Position numbers and translations under genes: made by a program. Source: a virus (Duplodnaviria; Caudoviricetes). Taken from it: a DNA stretch of 64,000 nucleotides. Shown here in pieces: positions 1 through 9,787 of this stretch; positions within the stretch are counted from its first letter, which is position 1; each line of letters begins with the position of its first letter. The stretch covers positions 7,496 through 71,495 of IMG/VR virus record IMGVR_UViG_3300037067_007163; one strand, written 5' to 3'. The notes beneath the pieces were generated by a model. The model made no database searches, had not been told where the DNA came from, and was given only the letters and a program-made list of their open reading frames with translations.

Positions 1-2
1 CA

Positions 3-3000
3 AACATTTATTCTGAACAAGTTGGTGGAAATGTTAAACCTGCTTACCTTAAAATAGAAAATCCAGCAGATGGTAATAAGTTGTTGACTAGAGAAGCACA
101 ATCACTAGGACATGATGGTGTGATTAAACAACTTGATAGTGGGGAAAAAGTGTACATTGTTTTTGATTCCAATCAAATTAAGTCAGCCACTGGTAACAAG
201 GGTACATTCAATCCTAAAGATCCAATCATTACTCATTCAGCTAACACTCAAGTATGTAGTGCAGATTGTCACGTTCACAACTCAAATGGTCGTGTGCACA
301 ATGCAAAGGCAAAGCAACCACGTCGTACATTTAATAAGAAACCAGTACAACGTAAGTTAAGCAACAAGAAGTCACCTACAAGAATAGACCCCACTCGATT
401 GGCTACGTTGCGTAGAGTGTGGACTACTGACTTAAAACGTAGGTTCAAGAGCATTGATAAGGCATTGTACCAATTGTTAGTAGTAGATGATGCTTTTGGA
501 ATCAACGGCAATAAGGTATTCAATGTATTCTGTGCAACGGGAGAAGGTGGTGGAGTAGATCCAAGCTGTTCACCTAATGATAGTGGGGGTAAGTTGGAGC
601 ACTACGAGCAAACAATGCAGGGGGAGTTCTGGCTACAAGGTTCAACTGCTATATCAGCCGATGGTGACGTTGATGACATGAATCACGAAGGTCATGCTAT
701 TCAGCAGGCACAGTACGATGTGGCCAATGCTTTTGGTATAGAGCATGAGGAGGATTGGGATAAGACAAAAGAAGAGATTCATGGGAAGCTAATTGAGGAC
801 CGCCCCGAACTACAAAAGTCATTGGACTGGATTGATCAGTACGGTGCCCCATCAAACCCCGAGCAAGAAGCAGTGGTCAAACCCTTCTATGATCATCTCA
901 AAGAAGTTGGGTTGACCCCTGAGGACTGGGAAGTAGCCAACGGCAATGGTAACCAAGACTCTCGCATTTGGGCAGCGGATAAACACGACTGGGTGAGGGT
1001 GGCAGGCAACAGCATTCAAACGGTTGGTATTGATAGCTTGAAGATGAGTGAAATTGCTGATGGTCTTTGGGATGCTTATGGTGATGATGTAGAGCAACAA
1101 TCATTTGATGTTGAAGTCATAGCTAAGGACTCTGTTGGCAAGGGTAAGAATATCTACACCAAACTCTACCGCGACGTGCCCTACCATACCATCGCTGGTA
1201 GTTCTGTCAATGCTTTGCGTGATTACGTGACCAACGCTACGGAAAATTATGACGTGGAGAAAGAGGTAGAGAGGGCAGCTAAGGAGACGGATAGAAACCC
1301 CTCAGAGGCTCAGCGTAAGGCGGGTACATATAGAAAGGGCAAGGTGTGGGTACAGGGGTTAGAGGTTGCTATAGAGTCGCCTAGAGGGTCTACGAGGAGT
1401 GGTATAGGGGCTGACGGTAAGCCTTGGTCTACTACCATGCAGCACCACTATGGTTACATTAAGCTGACAGAGTCAGAAGCAGACGGAGACCACATTGACT
1501 GCTTCCTTGGTCCAAACCCTTCCTCTGATAAGGTATTCATTGTTGATCAAACAAAAGGGCCTGACTTCAAAGAGTTTGATGAACACAAGACTCTAATTGG
1601 TTGGGACAATGTAGAAGAAGCCAAGCAAGCATACCATGACAACTTCAGTGAAGGTTGGCAAGGATTTAGTGACATCACTGAGATGACAATGCAGGAGTTC
1701 AAACAGTGGCTTAAAGAAGGCGATAGCAGTAAGCCAGTAGCAAATGCCTTCTGTCCAACAGGTAGAGGTAACGGGCAAGACAACTCTTGTAGTCCATCTG
1801 GTTTGCCGTTCAATCCAGCAGAAGCAGAGAAGACAGCTGGGCGATGGAAAGATCTTTCCAAAGGGGAAGTGGTCTATCTTAGCAAAGCAATTACTGGGAA
1901 ACCAGAACGGTACTATCTGAAAGTAAAGGTTAGCAAAACCTCTGAGGGTGAAATTGAGGGTATCATACAACAACCCTATGTTTTGGATAAATACCACAAG
2001 TTTGATAAGGGGGAGATGGTTCGGTTCTTTGGGAACGAGGTGGTTCATGTTGAGAGTCGTACAGAAGCACCCAAAGTAAAAGAGTACAAAGCAGAAAAGA
2101 GTGAGATCCCAAAGGACAGCCATACTGGAATGTGGCTCTCAGCTTGGGTGATGGGACAAACGAACCAGGTCACTCCTGCTGTAGCTAAGGCACTTTCTAA
2201 ATACACCTCTGACAAACCAGTGACCCTTTACCGAGGAATTAACACAACCTCTCCGAACCTAGGTCCGACTAAGATGCCAACAAGTTGGAGCTTATCTAAA
2301 AAGTCAGCTGCTTCATTCGGTCGGGGAACACATATGCACCCTAATCCAACTGAAGGGAGGTTGCTCAGCCAGGAGTTTAAGCCTTCTGAGATACTTGTAG
2401 ATTTGAACCACCCACAGGTGAAGGCTTATCTGCATGAGCTGGAGTACGAAGGTGAAAAAGAAGTTATTGTTAAGCCCAAAGTAAGTTTCAAAAGTTCGAA
2501 AGTGACAAAACTCACTGTTAATCAGCTCACTGCAACCTCGAACCAAAAGATGGAACGAATAACAAAGTCCCACTGGTCCAACTATGCATTGAACCAAAAG
2601 CTTCTGCAGTTGGCTAAACAAGGGGGTACGTTGGTAGTAAACTCTTCTTACTTCGCTGAGTGTGAACGTGATGAGAAGGGTCATTGTTTACCATCTGGTG
2701 AAGTAGGTGATAAGTCTAACAGTGAAGAAAGCAAAACACCAGAGTCTAGTAAGGAAGAATCAAGTGCTGGTAAGTTTGACAGAGCAAAGTGGCAAGGTAG
2801 ACGAGAGGAATGGGGTAAGTTACCAGTTGGTCAAAGAGACAACTTAGCAGATGCAGAGAACAGTGTCAAGAGTAGAGTCAGTGAGTTGCTGAAGGGGGTG
2901 CCAGAAAGACCTAATACTGGTGACTTGAGCAAAGACTTAGAAACTAGGATTGGTCAGTTATCAGATCGTGTACATCCACAGGCTGCTGACCGTATGAAGA

Positions 3001-5921
3001 CTGTTGTTAGGGATTACACTAACTTGATGAATGAAGCTGGAGTAAAACCAGAACATCAACATGCACTAGCAATGGAAGCAGTGGACCACCTAGCTGCACA
3101 AGAGTCAGAGACAATGTCTCGTCAATTAGGTGATCACGGTGTAGCACACATCAAAGGTGACATTGATGTAGCAATGCAAACCTTAAATGCCTTACCTACA
3201 AAATCCACAGCACAAGATAAGTTAGCAGCATACACTGCTTGCATCTACCACGACACAGGCTACTTAACTGAGCCCAGTCGTTCTTTCTTAGATGAAGGGC
3301 ACCCACGTTGGAGTGAGCAGTACTACAACACCAATATAAAGCCTACAGTTGCTAAGGCATTGGGTGATCGTGCTGCTAACGAAGTCAGCCACATCATTCG
3401 TACTCATGATGCTACGGACATGGATTGGAACAGCGATAGTGTAGCCTCTTCTGTTCGATTGGCAGATAACCTGGCTGTGTTCCATCGTGAGAAGTTGCCG
3501 CCTGTATTTCGTTATGTCAATGGTAACATTGATGTGCTCAAAGACTTAGGTGCTGGCAAGATCGATAAAGCAACTGCGAATGAACGAATGGTTGCCAACA
3601 TTGACAAGTCTAATCTCACAGATAAGGTCAAGTCACAACTTCGATTGGGTGCTAAAGAGGTTTCAGAGTACACACCCAAGGTAACACTAGGCATGCTTGG
3701 TGGTACATTGACGGGTATCAAGTACAAAGAGGGAACAGTTGTAGCTGAGGTCAAAGAAAGCAAGAAGGCTACGGAGATCAATAAGTTGGGCGACTTTGGT
3801 CAAAATCAATTGGCAAAGTTGGCTAAGACATTTGATGCTGATCCCAAGCAGTTCCAGAAAGACTTGAACTTCACTTTCAAGGGCAAAGACGGTCGCACTC
3901 GTCTTCGCATTGAGATGCAAAAGGCAGTCGAAAACATATTGCTGAATGCTGGTGAAAGATTCCATTTTCAAACTTCACCAGAGCAAGTCAATTCTTTTCG
4001 TCAGTGGATAGCAAAGATTCTAAAGCAATATGTCTTAGATGAAGAAGTCAGTGCAGAAGATCAGTGGTTTCAACAGTACGTTGAGGAAGGATATCGTCGT
4101 GGCGCAAGTCGTGCATTCGATGACACAAGGCCAGCAGTAAAGAAGTGGTTACAATCAGAAGAAGCCAATAAGAAATTAGACTTCTATGACGGTACACGAG
4201 CAGACTTCTTACGATCCTCCTTTGCTAGACCAGTCAGTGTTGAGAAGGTTAAGCTATTGGCAGGTCGCAGCTTCACAGATCTTAAAGGCATCAGTGATCA
4301 GATGAGTGCTAAGCTCACTCGTGGTCTCACAGATGGTTTAGTACAAGGCAAGAACAGCAAGCAAATTTACAAGGACTTAGCCAAAGACGTTGGTATTAGT
4401 GAAAGCAGGGCCAGAGCTATTGCACAAACAGAGCTAACTCGTGCACATGCATCGGGCCAGATCCAGAGTTTCAAAGACTTAGGTGTAACAAAACTAGGTG
4501 TCATGGCAGAAATAGCAACAGCACAGGATGACAGAGTTTGTGAGGCTTGCAATGACTTGAATGGTGTAGTCTTAACAGTTGATGAAGCTGAAGGAATTTT
4601 ACCTGTTCATACCTCATGTCGTTGTGCTCTCATTCCAGCTAATGTCGGGGAAGATGAAGAAGACCAAGTGCGCAGCAAGTTAGGTATCGAGAAAGCCATT
4701 GATGCTGCTACCGAAGTGCTCGGGGGTAGTGACAAGACTACATGGCCTGGAGCAGATGTTAGTATCAGTAAGACAAGACCACAAGGTATTTTCAACTCAC
4801 GTGAAGTATTGTTCAACCAACAACAAGAAATCATCATTGAGCGATTAGACCAACTGATTGATTTAGCTAACAACGCCTTATCACTAAAGGAAGATGATTC
4901 TGTAGTCAACAACACAGAACCTGTTGTGGTAGAATCTACTGTTTTGTCAAATAAAATTGTAGACTTAGTAAATGATTCTGGAACTACAGTTGACAACCGT
5001 TCCTTCTTCGCAGAATGTGATCGGGACGAGAAGGGTCGCTGTCTACCTGGTGATCCTGTAGATGGTTTGAAGAAAGAGCACCCAGAGTTTGCAGAGCACA
5101 AGTTCAATTACGTGCCGAGCCTAGGAGAAACGATTGCTAGGTACGAGCCAAATGGAACGATCACTGTGACTGATACTTTCTTTGGTCATGGTAAAGAAGA
5201 CCAACGGCAGATACTGGCACATGAGGTCGGGCATGGGCAAGTAGCTAGTCTAACAACTCCAGAGCACGCTGAGGAGTATTGGAAGTTGGTTGACTCTGAT
5301 GTGTTAGGTAAGTACGACGAAGAGAAGCAACGGTTCGTTGGATTGCATGGGCAGCGTAATGCCGATGAAGTCTTGGCTGATTTGGCAGCTGACTACTACC
5401 TTGACCCTGACAAGCTGAAGGAGCGATACCCAGTTCAATATCCGATTATCAAGAAAATTCTAACTGAGAACAGGTCTTTCTTCGCTGAATGTCAGAGGGA
5501 TGAACATGGTCGTTGTTTGCCAGAGGGAAGTAGTGGTAGTAAGAGCCAATTGGCCACAAGAACATATAAACCTAGCACAGCAGAGAAACAACGTAAGGGT
5601 GAAGCAGAGCAGTTGTTACTGGCTAAGGCAATTAAGGGTGTCAATACCGATGACAATCAACCGTTTGATATAATCAAAGGAAAGAATGGCATTGAAGTCA
5701 AAACTTTAATGGATAACAACAACGATAAAATAACCGTTCACCCTGAGAGTAGAATTAGAAAAGAGAAAGAAGCAAAGAAACTAAACCTAGACATGCATAC
5801 GGTTGCAATAGATACTCGTGCTGGGCGTAAGGTATACTATTACAAGGCTGGTGTTGGTGCTTTTCGTATTTCCAGCATGCAACGGGTTTCGCTCTCCCAA
5901 CTCAAAGAAATGCTATCATGA
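3..5921 (+). CDS. Giant MuF/SPP1 gp7-like head morphogenesis polyprotein with multiple enzyme domains (5' truncated)
   Basis: Frame is open from nt 3 (NIYSEQVGGNVKPAYLKIENP...), so the true start is upstream of the window. MuF core RAIAQTELTRAH...DDRVCEACNDLNG...PVHTSCRC at ~4400-4640. Also ART-PolyVal-like end (AYLKIENP/GHDGVI/VFDSNQIKSATGN), inorganic pyrophosphatase-like (DGDHIDCFLG...FDEHK), ART (LYRG/SWS/EKEV), HD (YHDTG), zincin (HEVGH) and C-terminal PD-(D/E)xK (PFD...IEVK). Confidence 0.85.
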   Translation, partial: NIYSEQVGGNVKPAYLKIENPADGNKLLTREAQSLGHDGVIKQLDSGEKVYIVFDSNQIKSATGNKGTFNPKDPIITHSANTQVCSADCHVHNSNGRVHNAKAKQPRRTFNKKPVQRKLSNKKSPTRIDPTRLATLRRVWTTDLKRRFKSIDKALYQLLVVDDAFGINGNKVFNVFCATGEGGGVDPSCSPNDSGGKLEHYEQTMQGEFWLQGSTAISADGDVDDMNHEGHAIQQAQYDVANAFGIEHEEDWDKTKEEIHGKLIEDRPELQKSLDWIDQYGAPSNPEQEAVVKPFYDHLKEVGLTPEDWEVANGNGNQDSRIWAADKHDWVRVAGNSIQTVGIDSLKMSEIADGLWDAYGDDVEQQSFDVEVIAKDSVGKGKNIYTKLYRDVPYHTIAGSSVNALRDYVTNATENYDVEKEVERAAKETDRNPSEAQRKAGTYRKGKVWVQGLEVAIESPRGSTRSGIGADGKPWSTTMQHHYGYIKLTESEADGDHIDCFLGPNPSSDKVFIVDQTKGPDFKEFDEHKTLIGWDNVEEAKQAYHDNFSEGWQGFSDITEMTMQEFKQWLKEGDSSKPVANAFCPTGRGNGQDNSCSPSGLPFNPAEAEKTAGRWKDLSKGEVVYLSKAITGKPERYYLKVKVSKTSEGEIEGIIQQPYVLDKYHKFDKGEMVRFFGNEVVHVESRTEAPKVKEYKAEKSEIPKDSHTGMWLSAWVMGQTNQVTPAVAKALSKYTSDKPVTLYRGINTTSPNLGPTKMPTSWSLSKKSAASFGRGTHMHPNPTEGRLLSQEFKPSEILVDLNHPQVKAYLHELEYEGEKEVIVKPKVSFKSSKVTKLTVNQLTATSNQKMERITKSHWSNYALNQKLLQLAKQGGTLVVNSSYFAECERDEKGHCLPSGEVGDKSNSEESKTPESSKEESSAGKFDRAKWQGRREEWGKLPVGQRDNLADAENSVKSRVSELLKGVPERPNTGDLSKDLETRIGQLSDRVHPQAADRMKTVVRDYTNLMNEAGVKPEHQHALAMEAVDHLAAQESETMSRQLGDHGVAHIKGDIDVAMQTLNALPTKSTAQDKLAAYTACIYHDTGYLTEPSRSFLDEGHPRWSEQYYNTNIKPTVAKALGDRAANEVSHIIRTHDATDMDWNSDSVASSVRLADNLAVFHREKLPPVFRYVNGNIDVLKDLGAGKIDKATANERMVANIDKSNLTDKVKSQLRLGAKEVSEYTPKVTLGMLGGTLTGIKYKEGTVVAEVKESKKATEINKLGDFGQNQLAKLAKTFDADPKQFQKDLNFTFKGKDGRTRLRIEMQKAVENILLNAGERFHFQTSPEQVNSFRQWIAKILKQYVLDEEVSAEDQWFQQYVEEGYRRGASRAFDDTRPAVKKWLQSEEANKKLDFYDGTRADFLRSSFARPVSVEKVKLLAGRSFTDLKGISDQMSAKLTRGLTDGLVQGKNSKQIYKDLAKDVGISESRARAIAQTELTRAHASGQIQSFKDLGVTKLGVMAEIATAQDDRVCEACNDLNGVVLTVDEAEGILPVHTSCRCALIPANVGEDEEDQVRSKLGIEKAIDAATEVLGGSDKTTWPGADVSISKTRPQGIFNSREVLFNQQQEIIIERLDQLIDLANNALSLKEDDSVVNNTEPVVVESTVLSNKIVDLVNDSGTTVDNRSFFAECDRDEKGRCLPGDPVDGLKKEHPEFAEHKFNYVPSLGETIARYEPNGTITVTDTFFGHGKEDQRQILAHEVGHGQVASLTTPEHAEEYWKLVDSDVLGKYDEEKQRFVGLHGQRNADEVLADLAADYYLDPDKLKERYPVQYPIIKKILTENRSFFAECQRDEHGRCLPEGSSGSKSQLATRTYKPSTAEKQRKGEAEQLLLAKAIKGVNTDDNQPFDIIKGKNGIEVKTLMDNNNDKITVHPESRIRKEKEAKKLNLDMHTVAIDTRAGRKVYYYKAGVGAFRISSMQRVSLSQLKEMLS

Positions 5922-6043
5922 CTAAATTAGAACTGTTAGATGCAATTACGGAACTTGCTGAGGAGAAAGCAATTTTAGATGCCAAGCTAGCTTTCCTACA
6001 AAACGAGTTGGACGAAGGTAATTACGAAGAGGATCAGTCATGA
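5918..6043 (+). CDS. Small acidic protein (41 aa), candidate immunity/accessory
   Basis: Not in ORF track. MTKLELLDAITELAEEKAILDAKLAFLQNELDEGNYEEDQS, with ATGA overlaps at both ends. Confidence 0.6.
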   Translation: MTKLELLDAITELAEEKAILDAKLAFLQNELDEGNYEEDQS

Positions 6044-6366
6044 GCTATTGGCTGGAAGACGCAGACGGCAAGTATCTTGGTGACTTAGCTACCAACGTAG
6101 GAATCAACCAACTACGTGATGCTGGTAGTCCTGCACTCAAGACATTTTTAGACCAAGGGTTTGCTGATGAAGACTTAATTGAGGAAATGGTCAATGAGTC
6201 TCTCAACAATCCAAAGTTATCTTACATTGCAGCAATGTTTGACGAAGTGAAAGCACCTGTCTATGTAACAGACGGTTGCGGTCAAGCAGATGAAGTTGAG
6301 AACAAATCAAAACCAATTCTGGCTGAACAACTCAGTCAAATAATCAATCGAAAGGAAGTACAATGA
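6040..6366 (+). CDS. Acidic hypothetical protein, candidate immunity protein for the MuF C-terminal nuclease
   Basis: 108 aa, D/E-rich, translationally coupled downstream of the toxin-like domain; the role is inferred from position. Confidence 0.5.
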   Translation: MSYWLEDADGKYLGDLATNVGINQLRDAGSPALKTFLDQGFADEDLIEEMVNESLNNPKLSYIAAMFDEVKAPVYVTDGCGQADEVENKSKPILAEQLSQIINRKEVQ

Positions 6367-6842
6367 CAAAGTTAAAAGTACAAGAGAAGAATACCCAAGT
6401 GTTAAGCCTATTGCAAGCAGCAGTGAATGGTGAAACTACTTCACGCAACCTATACTTTGCTCGTGCTGTGTTTTGGGATAGCATTGGATTTCACAAGCTG
6501 GCAGAATACTATGAGAAGCAAAGCCAAGAGGATCATTGTCAGCTAAGTGCTGACCGCATGGCTTTCTTAGGAGAGCAGCCAGCCTTTAGCCCTTCTCCAG
6601 TACAGTCATTGACAGAAGAGTCTATTGCAGAACAGTACCTAATTGATTTGCAAGTGGAAGTGGCTTTGGCTGAGAATTACACCGAGAGCATTAAGACTGC
6701 TGAGACTCTTGGTGATTACATCACTGCTCAAATTTGGAAGGGTGTACTACAATCAACCCAAGAGCACTGTGATTATCTTCAACAGGAATTGAAGAAAATT
6801 GAACTTGTTGGTGAGCAGAATTACCTTACTGCATGGGTGTAA
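6363..6842 (+). CDS. bfr: Bacterioferritin-like (ferritin superfamily) protein
   Basis: Aligns by eye with Bfr along its whole length: NGETTSRNLY, GFHKL, DRMAFLGEQP, DLQVE, GDYIT, EHCDYLQQELKKIELVGEQNYL. Confidence 0.85.
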   Translation: MTKLKVQEKNTQVLSLLQAAVNGETTSRNLYFARAVFWDSIGFHKLAEYYEKQSQEDHCQLSADRMAFLGEQPAFSPSPVQSLTEESIAEQYLIDLQVEVALAENYTESIKTAETLGDYITAQIWKGVLQSTQEHCDYLQQELKKIELVGEQNYLTAWV

Positions 6843-6875
6843 ATTTCAATTGTTTCCTACGAAGAAGAATCAGTT

Positions 6876-7160
6876 ATGATTGCAGGAGCAAGTACCTTGG
6901 AAACGCCAAAAGTGAGACTGTCACCAATCCAACAAAGGATGCTACAGGTATTGAGTGATGGCTTACCTCATAGCAGGGAAGCAATGCTAGAGTGCCTTCA
7001 GGATGACCAGTGCAGTCAGACAGGTCATTTGGCTCACTTGACTGCCATTCGTAAGGTATTACGCCCAAAAGGTGAGGATGTGCTTTGTGAGTACCGACAG
7101 CGGCGTCCTTTCTACAGACACGTTCGTCTTTTACCATCTGCATATGACGGGTATCAGTGA
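6876..7160 (+). CDS. Hypothetical protein, possible winged-helix
   Basis: LSPIQQRMLQVLSDG...HLTAIRKVLR pattern; coupled to the next gene. Confidence 0.45.
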   Translation: MIAGASTLETPKVRLSPIQQRMLQVLSDGLPHSREAMLECLQDDQCSQTGHLAHLTAIRKVLRPKGEDVLCEYRQRRPFYRHVRLLPSAYDGYQ

Positions 7161-7576
7161 TGAAAAGAACTTATCAGCAAATCTGCTCCATGACTGAAGA
7201 ACAGCTTAGAGCACTGTCAAAGAAGAGCAGACGAACTGCTATTCGGGTATTGTACAGTAGGGCAGTAAGTAAGCATAACAAAGTTACCTACATTCAGACA
7301 CTGCAATTTTCTAATCAACCTAAGATAAGCAGGCACATTCGCAAAAAGCGTAAACACAGCCGCAAGTACGAAGACTATTTGAAATCAAAGCATTGGAAAT
7401 CCTTCCGAAAGCAGGTCATCAAAGAATCGGGAGACCAATGTGAGATGTGTTTAATCGTTCTTCATCGGGGGTTACAAGTGCATCATCTCCACTACCTGAC
7501 TTTGGGCAATGAATCTCGTGGGGACGTAAAAGTGCTTTGTAGAACCTGCCATAGCAACCTGCATGCTAAATACTGA
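7157..7576 (+). CDS. HNH endonuclease
   Basis: CEMC...LQVHHLHY...LCRTCH motifs. Confidence 0.85.
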   Translation: MMKRTYQQICSMTEEQLRALSKKSRRTAIRVLYSRAVSKHNKVTYIQTLQFSNQPKISRHIRKKRKHSRKYEDYLKSKHWKSFRKQVIKESGDQCEMCLIVLHRGLQVHHLHYLTLGNESRGDVKVLCRTCHSNLHAKY

Positions 7577-7666
7577 TGGGTCGATTATCTAAAGTATTTA
7601 GATTCTGTCGTTCTGACAACTTTTCTACTTTACTCTTCTCAAGAGATAATTTAAGTTGTCAGGTGT

Positions 7667-9718
7667 ATGGAGCACCTGACAGTCAATATCTCTGGTAAAG
7701 TCAGGCAGGTCAACGAGGGTGGTAAGTCATTCCTCGTTGCCCCGCTTTCTTTAATTGTCCCTGGAGTCCTATCTGGATCCAAGGGGCCATTGCTCTACGA
7801 GCCTTCTGAGATAGCTAAGAATCATCAACAGTGGAATGGTATGCCATTGTTGGTTTATCATCCCCACGACCCCATTACTAATCAGCCTCTATCAGCCCAA
7901 GATCCTGATCAAGGGCCTTCTATCATAGAGAAACAAGGGGTGGGTGAAGTTCGCAATACCCATGTAAAACATGGAAAGTTGCGAGCAGAAGGTTGGTTTG
8001 ACGTAGAGAAGACCACGAAGGTTGACCCTCGTATCTTGGCGGATCTTAAAGCCAACCGTCCTTGTGAACTATCGACAGGTTTGTTCACGGACAACGAGGA
8101 TACTCCGGGCAACTTTCGTGGTCGTCCTTACACCCAAAAAGCAAGGAACTATCGCGCAGACCACGTGGCCATACTGCCCGACCAAATTGGAGCCTGCAGT
8201 ATTAAAGATGGATGTGGAGTTTTGGTAAACAAAGCATCCTCTTCACTGCAAGAGAAGATTCATCTGCTAGCAAATTCTTCTTTGGTAATCAATCCTGATT
8301 GGGTTGAAGATCATGACATTTGGGAAAAGGCAAAGAATGCAGCTGATAAGAGTGACTATGACGATGACAGTTACTATGCTGTTGTAACCAGCATCTACAA
8401 GAATATGGGTGGTGGCATTAAGGAGAGCAAGATGACCAAGAATGAAAAACTACACATCCTTGCTAACGAGAACCCTAACCGTGACGAGTTGGGTAGGTTT
8501 GCTAGTGGTTCCGGTGGCGGTAGTAAGGGTAGTGGCAAGGGTAGTGCAAAGGTTCACGGTGCAGCCAAGGGTGGTCATCAGAGTTGGGCCAATGACGTTC
8601 ATACAATAAATCAAGGAACTCATAACATGTCTTCTACCCTTCAAGATAAGTTGGCCGGTATTCTGGGTTCAGTTGAGAATGCTGATGTAAAAGAAGACAA
8701 CAGTGTCACTAAGTTGAAGCAAGCTGATGGCCCTAAAACAACACTTGCACCCGTTGGATCTAGTGAACAGGAAACAGAACTAAGACTGCGAGATGGTGGC
8801 GAAGTTGGGTCAGATGAAATAGATACAGAAGACCATGACATGATTGAGAAAGGTGCTGAGTCACCGTTGAAGGCTGATGCTACAGCACTAGGAGCAGAAG
8901 AGATCAAACCGAAACCATTTAAGAAACCCGAGCAGAGTAATGCTCAAACACATAACCAAGAAGAAGGAGGCCACACGATGGCTACTGTGACTTTGAACGC
9001 GGAAGAGCGAGAGGCTGTCGTAAACGGTCTCATTGAAGGTGAGTGCTGCTTCGAGGAGAGTGAGCGTGCTGTGCTCAACTCCTTGAGTGATCGCACTCTT
9101 GCACGTCTAACCTTGAATGCTAAGGAAATGCCGAAGTTCATTCAAGACAAGATTGATGCCAAGAAGGCAAAGGAAGATTCTGCCATGGAAGAAGCAGACT
9201 CTGAGGATGAAGACGAAGAAGAGGAAGTCGAAAACGAAGATCAGAAGACTGAGGAAAAGGATCGAGCTGGTCTTGGTGTACGTGCTGGTAAGGGCACTGG
9301 CAAGAACGAATCTCAAGCCCAAGGCAATGTGAAGCCTTGCGGTGAGTTGAATCCGAAGATGCCTACGGATAATCAGCTCAGTGCTGACGATCGTCAATTC
9401 TTGGCCATTGGCCGTAAGGTAGTCTCTGATCGTCGATCCGACATGATCAAGACCATTACTGCCAACAGTCGCAATCCTTTTGATAAGAAGGAACTTGCCA
9501 GCATGGAATTTAACCAATTGGAAAAGCTTAGCCAATTGGCTGCTGTGGAAAGTGAAGCAGTTGTTCCTTCCTTCACTCTCAATCGCTTCAGTGGGTTCAT
9601 GGGTGCTGCTGCTGGCGTTGGCCAGGTTAACAATGACAGTGGTGTGGACGATGACGTCTTGGAAACTCCAACAATCAACTACAGCGAGATTGCTTCGAAG
9701 GGAATTCAAAAACGATAG
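7667..9718 (+). CDS. DUF2213-type prohead protease/scaffold fusion
   Basis: N-terminal ELSTG...NYRADHVAILPDQIGAC domain, long acidic scaffold-like C-terminus, located just before decoration and capsid genes. Confidence 0.75.
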   Translation: MEHLTVNISGKVRQVNEGGKSFLVAPLSLIVPGVLSGSKGPLLYEPSEIAKNHQQWNGMPLLVYHPHDPITNQPLSAQDPDQGPSIIEKQGVGEVRNTHVKHGKLRAEGWFDVEKTTKVDPRILADLKANRPCELSTGLFTDNEDTPGNFRGRPYTQKARNYRADHVAILPDQIGACSIKDGCGVLVNKASSSLQEKIHLLANSSLVINPDWVEDHDIWEKAKNAADKSDYDDDSYYAVVTSIYKNMGGGIKESKMTKNEKLHILANENPNRDELGRFASGSGGGSKGSGKGSAKVHGAAKGGHQSWANDVHTINQGTHNMSSTLQDKLAGILGSVENADVKEDNSVTKLKQADGPKTTLAPVGSSEQETELRLRDGGEVGSDEIDTEDHDMIEKGAESPLKADATALGAEEIKPKPFKKPEQSNAQTHNQEEGGHTMATVTLNAEEREAVVNGLIEGECCFEESERAVLNSLSDRTLARLTLNAKEMPKFIQDKIDAKKAKEDSAMEEADSEDEDEEEEVENEDQKTEEKDRAGLGVRAGKGTGKNESQAQGNVKPCGELNPKMPTDNQLSADDRQFLAIGRKVVSDRRSDMIKTITANSRNPFDKKELASMEFNQLEKLSQLAAVESEAVVPSFTLNRFSGFMGAAAGVGQVNNDSGVDDDVLETPTINYSEIASKGIQKR

Positions 9719-9787
9719 CAATTGATTGGTTTCAATTGCTTTGTAACTTAAACTTGAAACTGAATTTTTGATAAGGGAGAATTTGAG

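Noticed and set aside
81-83. Track start codon of the first ORF
   Set aside because: The frame is open to the window edge and the upstream residues belong to the same ART-PolyVal-like motif.
81-5921. Intein or group I/II intron explaining the split MuF
   Set aside because: No C/S...HN splice junction pair, LAGLIDADG or RT motifs; the inserts are in-frame enzyme domains.
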